A stretch of 12,558 nucleotides of DNA from Octopus sinensis (lineage: Eukaryota): contig NW_021826525.1 in the NCBI RefSeq assembly GCF_006345805.1, positions 1 to 12,558 on the forward strand, written 5' to 3'. Made by a program: the position numbers and the translations under genes. The stretch's first letter is position 1. Each line of letters begins with the position of its first letter. The notes under the pieces are model-generated. The model was not told where the DNA came from. It was given only the letters and a program-made list of their open reading frames with translations, and ran no database searches. This document shows positions 1 through 9,283 of the stretch, piece after piece.

Positions 1-355
1 TGTGTGTTCTGTTTTGTATATTTCGCATTGAGGTTGATGTATTTAATGTTTTTCAGTTATTATTATTATTTTTTTTTTGTTTTTTGACCTTTGAAAATTT
101 ATAAGATTTTTGACCTATTTTTTTTATTTCTTTCAATTCTTGTTTTAATTTTTATGTTTGTTTCTGTTGTTTTGCATCTTTGTTCACTTACTATTTGGGT
201 TTATTTTTTGATTTGGTTGAATCTATTTTTTTTTGTTGGTCAGTTATTTTTAGCATTTTGACAGAAAAAAATCATTCAAAAATTGTGTTTTAACGTAAGC
301 GTGCTCAAACAAGTCAAATGCTTACACAGAGCAGGTTTTACAGCCACACCATCCA

Positions 356-388
356 AACCGACCGGGTGAAACCGGGCTTAGCTGCTAG
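356..388 (+). mobile_element. Helitron-type 3' terminus; the T-rich 1-355 region may be the element body, with the 5' end outside the window
   Basis: CCGG-GTGAAA-CCGG hairpin at 362-375, then CTAG at 385-388 followed by T (389). This is the canonical Helitron 3' signature (GC-rich hairpin about 10 nt before CTRR, host T downstream). Confidence 0.6.
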
Positions 389-481
389 TATAAATATATA
401 TATAAGCATATATACATATATATTTGCGTTTATATATATTAAGCGCTTGTTAAGTGTTTTATAATGTATATTTTATGTATG

Positions 482-561
<80 letters not shown>

Positions 562-574
562 TGTAATATATATA
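389..574. repeat. (TA)n microsatellite with degenerate AT-rich flank
   Basis: Near-continuous TA run at about 482-558 inside an AT-rich stretch. Confidence 0.95.
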
Positions 575-1819
575 TCTCTTTTAAAAGGCAGATTTTATCT
601 GCCTCCCTTTGTCACTTATAGAAATCTACAATATAGGATTTCTTCAATTACATTTACCTAGCATTTTTAAGAGTAGAATGCATCGGGTCATGCCAGGTCC
701 AGTTTTTAAAATTTAAACTCCTATTAAGCAAAATTTACATAAAACTCACATTCTGGTGTTATGTCAAATGCTTTTCTTAGTCTGGTTTACAGCACACGCA
801 AACGTACACACCCAGTGTGCAACGAAAAAGTGAAACTAATTCACTGCGTGTGTGTTGACAGGTAGACATAGAATGCGATGCGATGGCGATGTAATTTGTT
901 TCTGTCTATCACGCTGATAGATACATGAGTAAATGTATGGCAAGCTAATTAAGAGATAATGTTGAGTGAAAATGTTCTTGGAAAGAGTAAATAGCGACAG
1001 AGTGATTTGAGGAGACTAAACTGAAAGTATGAACAGTGTTTATGTATAAACAGACGACACTTATATATAGTTATTAATAAATGTATGCATCCTTTAACCT
1101 TTCGTTACCAAAACCGCCCGAATTTACCTATTCTATTTAAATGAGAATATCAGAGTAAATCTCTTTAGTACATTCGTGAAAACACGTATTTACTTCTCAA
1201 ACACTTCAAATACAGTTTTTGTACAAAAATCGAAGTTAATTTTTAATCCGTGAATTATGGGGATTTTTTTTTTTCCGAAATTTGTTCCTATTGTGTTTTC
1301 AAAATTTGTAATTCTGACAAAAAATGGATACGAATTTCATTATATCAAGCAGCGAGTCAGAATTCGAAGGATTTTTTTACTGAAGACCTTCATAAATCTA
1401 ACTCTATGACTGAAAAAAAAAAGCATCTTTATATAAGAGTGAAGTTGTGTGTCTGTCTCCTACGATTTAGATTCGTAACTACTCCCCATTTTCGGTGCAG
1501 TTTAACCAAAAGCGGGTATCTTATAGTCGTGATTCATATCGAGCCCTTCTGGGTATTAGCGCGCGTCTACGATGAGTCTACGATTTTAAAAAAATTTACC
1601 ATCATATTTTTCCATTTTAATGCATTTTTTTCGCTTTTATATAAGGGAAGTAACTCTCTAAAAATATCTACGATGTGTCAACGATTTTTAAAAAAATTTA
1701 CCTTAATTTTTTTTTCAATTTTTATGCATTTTTTTTGCTATTTTTTGGCTATAACTCTCTAAAAATGCTTATATAGTTATTTCCCTTACAACCCTCGCAA
1801 CGCCGGGCAATACTGCTAT
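575..1819 (+). mobile_element. Non-autonomous Helitron-like element, about 1.25 kb
   Basis: Starts A|TC (574|575-576) with a nearby hairpin AGGCAGAT-TTT-ATCTGCCT (586-604). Ends with a degenerate hairpin CCCTC-GCAACG-CCGGG (1792-1807) and CTAT|T (1816-1819, one change from CTAG|T). Has an internal 101-bp tandem duplication and is flanked by (TA)n on both sides. No Rep/helicase coding similarity seen. Confidence 0.55.
1566..1766 (+). repeat. Two-copy imperfect tandem repeat, period about 101 bp
   Basis: TCTACGATG(A/T)GTC(T/A)ACGATTTT starts at 1566 and 1667; TAACTCTCTAAAAAT occurs at 1651 and 1752. Confidence 0.9.
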
Positions 1820-2007
1820 TATATATATATATATTATATATATTCGGGTTTTTTATAATTACTTGTATCCTTATTTTATGTGCATAGAATAATATGCTAT
1901 ATGTATGTATGTTATTATAATTATCATTTTAATAAATAAATAAGTTAACATTTTTAATGTCCTAAACTGGATGAACCAACTATTGTGCTCCTCCATTTTC
2001 TTATTTG

Positions 2008-2008
<1 letters not shown>

Positions 2009-2042
<34 letters not shown>
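2009..2042. repeat. (TA)n microsatellite
   Basis: Perfect TA run. Confidence 0.95.
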
Positions 2043-2044
<2 letters not shown>

Positions 2045-2527
2045 AGTGTATACTAGTGTGTATACGTTTCTTTGCATTACGATATGTGTATGCGAGGCTG
2101 AGTATTTCGATGTTTGTAAATGTATTTGTAAACGTATACGATTCGCTCTTTCGATGTGTATCATCGCCATTTTTCTATGCATGTACGTACATGTGTGTAC
2201 GTGTTTTTGTATTCGGGCGTGCGTTATATGGATGTCTAGACACCTTTATGTATATGTTTGTGTATTTAAATGTGAAATGTGAAGGAGAGAAGTCTCATAA
2301 CGTATCAGGATACTCGAAGCACCACTGTAGAATATACGTCTTCATTTCTGTGCTATATTTAGTGTTTGTCCAGTCAGACGGATAACATCTTTAACCGAGT
2401 TTGTGTGGCAATGGCGATGTTTGAACTCGGCACTTCAATGGTACACAGCGCCAACGGCGTATTGATTGAATTGTAAATCTAAAGCCGAAATCTTAAGTAA
2501 ATGCATAGCTCTCTCTCTGTCCGTACG

Positions 2528-2670
<143 letters not shown>

Positions 2671-2712
2671 GTCTGTCTACAAACTGATAGATAGACAGAT
2701 AAAGACACGGGG

Positions 2713-2746
2713 GGAGAGAGAGAGAATGAGAGAGAGAGAGAAAGAG
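2713..2746. repeat. (GA)n microsatellite
   Basis: Interrupted GA run. Confidence 0.9.
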
Positions 2747-2799
2747 AAGGTGTTTAAGGAAATTATGGAAGCACCACATTTCGTTTAACTATTTTTCTT

Positions 2800-3190
2800 C
2801 TGTTGGCAATATGAAAGAAGTCAAAAGGGTTCTTTGGTGCATACACGTGGCCTTGTGTATTACATAGAGAACACATATTAAAAGGAAAGAAGGCATCCAG
2901 CACTTATAACATACATATGCACATATAAACCTAACACTGAGAAACAATGAGATCAAAGTCTTACGTTTCAGCAGTGAGCTCGTCAGGAACTCCTCTTTCC
3001 CTGATGACCTCGCGTATAACTCCACAAACAAATGGCCTGGCATGGATGTGAAAAGCTCAGCATCTCATCATACGAAAAGAAACAATGCATGGGTATGTTT
3101 TCCGAAGACTGCAGAAATATCGATATGAAGTGAAGCCTCTCGTGGACACGCGACCGCCTTATCGCATCAGAATTTGAGGGCTGTACCTTT
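2800..3190 (+). pseudogene. Possible highly decayed RTE-clade LINE fragment (C-terminal part of ORF)
   Basis: Frame-hopping translation gives RRH (about 2888), KWPG (3030-3041) and NIDMK*SLSWTRDR...EGCTF (3116-3190). These are in the same order as remembered RTE motifs RRH, LRWAGH and NID..WE.LA.DR..WR...EGC..F. Eyeball alignment only. Confidence 0.35.
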
Positions 3191-3311
3191 GCAACCAAAG
3201 TGCAAGAGATTGTTACAAGATACGTAATAGAGGATGAAAACAGTGAAGCCCTTGAGCCTGAAGAGGCCGCCAAAATCATTGATTAATACACTTTTCTGCT
3301 GAAAATAACAA

Positions 3312-3683
3312 ACATGGTTCAGTCCCACTGCGTGGCATCTTGGGCAAGTGTCTTCTGCTATAGCCCCGGGACGACCAATGCCTTGTGAGTGGATTTGGTA
3401 GACGGAAACTGAAAGAAGGCCTGTCGTATATATGTATATATAATATATATTATATATATATATATGTATATGTATGTGTGGTGTGTTTGTGTGTGTCTTG
3501 TGTTTGTCCCTCTAGCATTGCTTGGCAACCGATGCTGGTGTGTTTACGTCCCCGTCACTTAGCGGTTCGGCAAAAGAGACCGATAGAATAAGTACTGGGC
3601 TTACTACAAAGAATAAGTCCCGGGGTCGATTTGCTCGACTAAAAGGCGGTGCTCCAGCATGGCCGCAGTCAAATGACTGAAAA
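3312..3683 (+). mobile_element. tRNA-derived CORE-like SINE, 5'-truncated copy (octopus-type)
   Basis: Near-identical to 4020-4370. Contains B-box-like GGTTCAGTCCC, the CORE-like CTGCGTGGCATCTTGGGCAAGTG, an internal (TA)n(TG)n, and the 3' GGCGGTGCTCCAGCATGGCCGCAGTCAAATGACTGAAA. Lacks the A-box head. Confidence 0.85.
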
Positions 3684-3976
3684 AAATATTAACACGAAAA
3701 GGATTGGTGGAACATTCTCATCAAAACGTCCACCAAGTAGAATATGTGGAAGGATTCTGACCACCTCTCAAGTGACTAAATGTGAACTGGCACATTGTAA
3801 TACAATAAATGTGAGCAATTGGGAGTATGTAGTTCAAGGTGAACCGTCGGCAGAGAGCGTTTCAGTCTCGTAAAACTGTAATCGTAGTGCGTCGTATAAA
3901 TATTTCTTTCTCCCTGCTTCAATGAATTATTTATCCACCGCCCTAAAAAAAAAACATAAAGAAGTGGTCTGTACCA

Positions 3977-4393
3977 GGCGCAGGAGTGGCTGTGTGGTAA
4001 GTAGCTTGCTTACCAACCACATGGTTCTGGTTCAGTCTCACTGCGTGGCATCTTGGGCAAGTGTCTTCTACTAAACCTCGGGCCAACCAAAGCCTTGTGA
4101 GTGCATTTTGGTAGACGGAAACTGAAAGAAGCCCTTCGTATATATGTATGTATATATATATTGTGTGTGTGTGTTGTGTTTGTGTGTCTGTGTTGTCCCC
4201 CCTAGCAATTGCTTGAACAACCGATGCTGGTGTGTTTACGTCCCCGTCACTTAGCGGTTCGGCAAAAGAGACCGATAGAATAAGTACTGGGCTTACAAAG
4301 AATAAGTCCCGGGGTCGATTGCTCGACTAAAAGGCGGTGCTCCAGCATGGCCGCAGTCAAATGACTGAAACAAGTAAAAGAGTAAAGTGTAAG
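3977..4393 (+). mobile_element. Full-length tRNA-derived CORE-like SINE with 7-bp TSD
   Basis: A-box TGGCTGTGTGGT (3987-3998) and B-box-like GGTTCAGTCTC (4029-4039). Segment 4041-4067 resembles the MIR CORE (TGTGTGACCTTGGGCAAGT). Has an internal microsatellite and a (GTAAAAGA)-type tail. TGTACCA is duplicated at 3970-3976 and 4394-4400. Confidence 0.92.
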
Positions 4394-4800
4394 TGTACCA
4401 TCAGAGAGGTCAGCTGTTCTGCTGACGAGAATATCTCTTTGAAAATGAAGGAAGAAAAGGATAACTATGGACTACTACTTCTAACACCCCCACCTTCTGC
4501 ACTCCGTTTTAAAATTCACATTTATTCCATTATATAACTAACTGGTGGACTCGGTTTCCTTCTCTAAGCGGCAATCTGGAAAAGCTGGGATGTTCCGAAA
4601 AAAAAATATTCGACCGATTGACTAGCAATTACAAATACAGTTTATAAGCGGAACAATAAAAATATGCAAGATTCTTCTCAAGTTCAACAAGCAACGTTGC
4701 TTTTTCTTTTTATCTACGTTCAAACGATGGAGCTTTGTAATCAAGGAACCAGTTCCTTTCTTACTAGAAGATTTCAAATAATTAAAAAGCGAAGCGATCA

Positions 4801-4828
4801 TTCATACATACATACACAAATACATACA

Positions 4829-4862
<34 letters not shown>

Positions 4863-4973
4863 CACACAATATACACGCACACACATAACATACATACATA
4901 CATACATACATACATACATACACTACATACATACACACACACACACAAACTACACACACACACAACATACATA

Positions 4974-5008
<35 letters not shown>

Positions 5009-5111
5009 ATACATACATACATATACAAAACATACATACATACACACATATATACACGCACACACATACATACATACATACATACATACACACACACATA
5101 CATACATACAT

Positions 5112-5146
<35 letters not shown>

Positions 5147-5237
5147 TACATACATACATACATACATACATACATACACACATACACACACACACACATA
5201 CATACATACATACATACATACATACATACACACATAT
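4801..5237. repeat. Compound (TACA)n/(CA)n microsatellite, about 435 bp
   Basis: Alternating TACA and CA arrays. They generate the MCVY-type ORFs 4798-5331, 4802-5278 and 4950-5285. Confidence 0.97.
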
Positions 5238-5669
5238 AGAAAGATAGATGGCAGACAGATGTGCATATATGTGCACATATATCACGTTTCTCGAAGTTTC
5301 TTAATTCTTCTGACTTCACACATACACACACATATGTATGTCTGAGTGTGTGTAGAAATTACTATTCATAACTATAAAGCCACATGTTTTTAAAGTTATT
5401 TAGAAATTTGGCTCTGTATTTAAGCGGATTAAGGTGGTGGAGTTGGGGTGGGGGGTTGTTTGGAGCATAATCTCCTGTAAATGAGTATTTCGTGGAAACT
5501 TTATTATCACAGAGAAATACCTGACTTTTCTATTTACCCTGACATACCAACACTTCAAAACTAATAAAACCACTAATATATATTTTCTATTTTCATTTCT
5601 TTCCAGATTGTATCAGAAAATATTCAACTTCATCGTATTCACTGTGATCCAGCTTATATTTCCTCTAAA

Positions 5670-6313
5670 CCTAAGGCCACAAAGCTTTCCGAAATTGAGT
5701 AAGGGAAGATTCTCGCGCTGAAAGCGGGAGGAATGAGTATTCGGAAGATTGCCGAGAAGATTAAAAATCCAGACAACTACAACAGGTTTCATGCCGAGGG
5801 ACGTCCCGGGGCTACATCAGAAAGGGATGGAAGGGTTATTGTCAGAGCTGCTCTTCTATTTCTAAATCAAGGCAGCAGCGGGAGAAGGAACCTAGACATC
5901 CAGCGTAAAAAGAATGATTTTGTACCATGGTTTCCACCTGAAGAAACGGTTAGAGCGCCCGTTACTGTCCCCTTCCTATAAAGCTGTTACATTGGAGTTT
6001 TCTCGGTTGCATCAGACCTGGAATGGTAAATGGACCAGGGTTCTGTCCTCTGATGAGAACAAATAGAATTTGGATGACCTCGACGGTTTTAAAGTACTAC
6101 TGAGCAGATAAATATATACAAAATTCCACTTATTCCGAGTGGCAAAATAGTAGAAGAGGTCTTATGGTGTGGAGAGCAATATCCACCAATGGAAAGCTGC
6201 GACTTGTCATCATGGCTGGCCGGTTTAATGCTGTTTAATACATCGATATGTTGGATGGCGCTCACATTGACGAAAGCGGAAGATGACTCTGTGGCGGGAA
6301 CTTCATATTTCAA
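5670..6313 (+). pseudogene. Tc3-like (IS630/Tc1/mariner) transposase pseudogene
   Basis: Three frames join to give PKATKLSEIE*GKILALKAGGMSIRKIAEKI/KNPDNY...GRPGATSERDGRVIVRAA (5670-5850), then KRLERPLLSPSYKAVTLEFSR...KWTRVLSSDENK*NLDDLDG (5866-6087; first catalytic Asp 6052-6054), then YY*ADK...GLMVWRAIS...FNAV*YIDML...NFIFQ (6095-6313). These match in order the C. elegans Tc3 motifs MPRGSALSDTE, SVRDERNVIRAA, NWSKVVFSDEKKFNLDGPDG, YYW, VMVWGAF and FRFQQDNA. Multiple stops, at least two frameshifts. Similarity is lost before the second Asp; TIRs not found. Confidence 0.9.
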
Positions 6314-6507
6314 ATCGAAGATTATCGGCTCTGAATGATTTTTAAAAATTATTTTGTAATTTATCGTTAGATTTCCATAAATTTAAATATTTCAATACCT
6401 TCTTCTATTCCATTTTCTATCTAGAGGCAAGTTTCATGAATTTGGGTAGTATATTTCGCCAGAAAAAGACAAAGGGCGCTATGACTTGACAGTTTTGAAC
6501 AACAGTT

Positions 6508-6800
<293 letters not shown>

Positions 6801-6817
6801 ATTAACGGTTTAAAATG

Positions 6818-6819
<2 letters not shown>

Positions 6820-6848
<29 letters not shown>
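6820..6848. repeat. (TA)n microsatellite
   Basis: Perfect TA run. Confidence 0.95.
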
Positions 6849-6852
<4 letters not shown>

Positions 6853-6853
<1 letters not shown>

Positions 6854-7003
6854 TCTTTACTCTTTTACTCTTTTACTTGTTTCAGTCATTTGACTGTGGC
6901 CATGCTGGAGCACCGCCTTTAGTCGAGCAAATCGACCCTGGGACTTATTCTTTTGTAAGCCCAGTACTTCTTCTATCGGTCTCTTTTTGCCGAACCGCTA
7001 AGT
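6853..7003 (-). mobile_element. 3' fragment of the same CORE-like SINE family, inverted orientation
   Basis: Reverse complement matches 4249-4387 (ACTTAGCGGTTCGGCAAAA...CAGTCAAATGACTGAAACAAGTAAAAGAGTAAAAGAG). Inserted between (TA)n runs. Confidence 0.92.
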
Positions 7004-7020
7004 ATATATATAAATATATA

Positions 7021-7077
7021 TATTTATTTATTTTATCTAGTTTCAGCTCACGAGCTGTGGCCATGCTGGACCACCGC
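7021..7077 (-). mobile_element. Short 3' tail of a related SINE/LINE family
   Basis: Minus strand GCGGTGGTCCAGCATGGCCACAGCTCGTGAGCTGAAACTAGATAAAATAAATAAATA shares GCGGTG..CCAGCATGGCC.CAG and TGAAAC with the SINE tail. It has a different hairpin sequence and a (TAAA)n tail. Confidence 0.7.
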
Positions 7078-7188
7078 TATTAAATATGTATACAGTCGGG
7101 CTCACATTTACACTCAGACGGAAGACAGACAGACAAGCAAACATAAATATGCATACGTTTCTGGATGTTTCTTAACGCTTCTGACATC

Positions 7189-7344
7189 AACAATATGAGA
7201 GTTCTCTTTGATAAGGACAAAGCATCTAAAATGGCTAAAGAAATTCGAATGATTGCTTCCGTCCAACGTCAGAACGTCTCTCATGTCTGCAGATGAAGTG
7301 GACTCATCTTTCATGGCAACCCTCGTATTTTGCTATTCAGCGGC
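7189..7344 (+). pseudogene. Possible decayed RTE-type LINE apurinic endonuclease N-terminus
   Basis: NNMRVLFDKDKASKMAKEIR...CR*SG...ILLFSG aligns without gaps to the remembered RTE APE pattern WNVRTM.E.GK..Q.A.EMR...RW.G....LLYSG. The stop (TGA 7294-7296) sits at the conserved Trp. Confidence 0.45.
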
Positions 7345-7460
7345 TGGTTGTTTAATCCAATATTTTCTCGGTATTATTTATAGCTTTATCTACTTCGACT
7401 TCCACGTTGAAAACGAACGACTCTCGGAGTTTCTAAATTCTCATATGTATGTACACACAC

Positions 7461-7757
7461 GTGGAGGCGCATTGGACCAGTGGTTAGGGCAGTGGACTCG
7501 CGGTCGTAGGATCGCGGTTTCGATTCCCAGACCAGGCGTAGTGAGTGTTTATTGAGCGAAAACACTTAAAAGCTCCACGAGGCACCGGTAGGGTGTAGTG
7601 GTGATCCCTGCTGTACTCTTTCGCCACAACTTTCTCTCACTCTTCTGTTGGCCAGCTCGCTTAGCCACAGAGGTGGCGTCATTGAAGGCTAAAACAATGC
7701 GAAGCGCATTGTGACCAGCGATGTGCAGCAACATCTGATGGCCTGGTCGGTCACGTG
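7461..7757 (+). mobile_element. Second tRNA-derived SINE family, full length with 12-bp TSD
   Basis: A-box TGGACCAGTGGT (7473-7484), B-box GGTTTCGATTCCC (7516-7528), GC-richer body ending ...GGTCACGTG. ATGTACACACAC is duplicated at 7449-7460 and 7758-7769. Confidence 0.87.
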
Positions 7758-7854
7758 ATGTACACACACACATATATACGAATGTGTATATATATCTATG
7801 CGCTTATATATATCTGGAAACATGGGTGTTTAATTCAACATCCTTAGCCCTTAT

Positions 7855-8043
7855 TCAAGGACCATTTGAGTGGGATGGGCTACTCAGCCTGAAGAAAATC
7901 CTAACCGGCCCACACCTGTAAGGTCATACGCGGATCATCTTGATATGAGTCCATGTCATGCACATATAGTTGTGATGCATGTTCTTGATGTACCCTTATC
8001 ACTTTAATGGCATGCACCGCTCTCTCACTCTATGAATAATAAT
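7855..8043 (+). mobile_element. Probable 3' fragment of an interspersed retroposon with (AAT)n tail
   Basis: GC-richer island ending GCTCTCTCACTC...AATAATAAT. Resembles an octopus repeat as I recall it; not verifiable here. Confidence 0.4.
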
Positions 8044-8104
8044 ATATATATATATATATATATTATGCGTTAGCTATACATGTGTATATATCATTGTCGC
8101 TATC

Positions 8105-8440
8105 GTGTTGGTAGTGATGATTATGGTGGGGGATGTTGTGATTGTGGTGGCAGTGACGTTACGGTCGATTGTTGTACGGACAACAGTTGGTTGTGTTGGT
8201 GGTGGTGGTGGTGGTGGTGGTGGTAGTGGTGGCAGCAGTGATGGCGCTGTTAATCTTGATATAATGGAAGTAATTGAAACGATGCTGTTATTCGTAATGG
8301 CGGCGAAATACTGCGGTGGCGGGAAAGCCTTTGAATGCCTTGTGCCGTGGTCATAGTAGCAGAGAATGCATTATGCGAAGATGGCGGCAAAGGCAATGTG
8401 TAGCTGTGTAATGGTGGCGATGGTGGTGATGTTGGAAACG
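8105..8440. repeat. (GGT)n/(GAT)n low-complexity region
   Basis: Perfect (GGT)n at about 8189-8223 within degenerate GGT/GGC/GAT triplets. All + frames are interrupted by stops. Confidence 0.8.
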
Positions 8441-8629
8441 GCGATGCCTGTGCTAATCGATGCGAACGACCTTTTTTGGTGAACTGCAGGCATTGTTCAT
8501 TGAAGCGGAAAATGTACAAGGGACATCTCTTCATCACGGCATTTTCAGGTAAGTAAATATACACACTTGATAGTCCATTTTATCAATTTATTGCACGCAT
8601 CAATGATTTTATCTAGTCATATGTGCGTG

Positions 8630-8875
8630 GATATATATAGATGTGTGTGTGTGTATACACGCATACATACACACACACGTATATTCTTACATATACATAT
8701 AAAATTTATATGTATATCAATATATATGTGTGTGTATATCTTTGTATCTATATATGTATATATACACACACACACACACACACACATACGCACTCACACT
8801 TGCATTTACGTATATAGTTGTATCTGTGCGTGTATGTGGGTGTGGTCCATAAATTTTGTAAGTATAGTGTTTGTA

Positions 8876-8917
<42 letters not shown>

Positions 8918-8961
8918 ATTTTAACTCTACCTACATTATTATGTGTGTACATATATATATA

Positions 8962-9034
<73 letters not shown>

Positions 9035-9060
9035 GAACTTAACTCTACCTACATTATATG

Positions 9061-9121
<61 letters not shown>

Positions 9122-9242
9122 TATATATGTATATATATATAATATATACATATACATATAAGGCTATAAATTCCTGAACAGAAGTATATTATTAGTGTAT
9201 ATACAAGTATGAAAGTAAAAGTATGAAGTAAGGATGTGTATT

Positions 9243-9283
<41 letters not shown>

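Noticed and set aside
1250-1762. 170-aa ORF
   Set aside because: GTG start, F/K/I-rich from poly-T/poly-A tracts, lies inside the Helitron-like element and its tandem repeat; no recognisable domain.
2400-2460. B-box-like GAGTTCAAAC on the minus strand
   Set aside because: No A-box or SINE body recognisable; too short to call.
3977-4050. tRNA gene calls for SINE heads (also 7461-7535 and 9773-9830)
   Set aside because: A and B boxes are present but there is no acceptor-stem pairing or full cloverleaf, and each continues into a SINE body.
3312-4393. Local tandem duplication as the origin of the two adjacent SINE copies
   Set aside because: Flanks differ and the second copy has its own TSD, so independent insertions are more likely.
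4401-4445. CTGACGA...GAAA hammerhead-like motif on the plus strand
   Set aside because: Stem II is weak, and neither stem I nor stem III pairs with the upstream GUC; an alternative GTCAGC/GCTGAC hairpin sequesters the box.
4798-5331. Long Cys/Val/Tyr/Met-rich ORFs on the minus strand
   Set aside because: Pure translation of (TGTA)n/(TG)n.
5733-5981. 82-aa ORF as an intact CDS
   Set aside because: It is the middle of the transposase pseudogene; there is an upstream in-frame stop at 5700 and the part after about 5855 is out of frame.
5340-6507. Terminal inverted repeats for the Tc3-like element
   Set aside because: No TA-flanked matching inverted ends could be found by eye.
8105-8564. Gly-rich ORF (+) and Pro/Ser-rich ORF (-)
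   Set aside because: Explained by (GGT)n low complexity; no domain signal.
8567-9157. YI-repeat ORFs
   Set aside because: Microsatellite translation.
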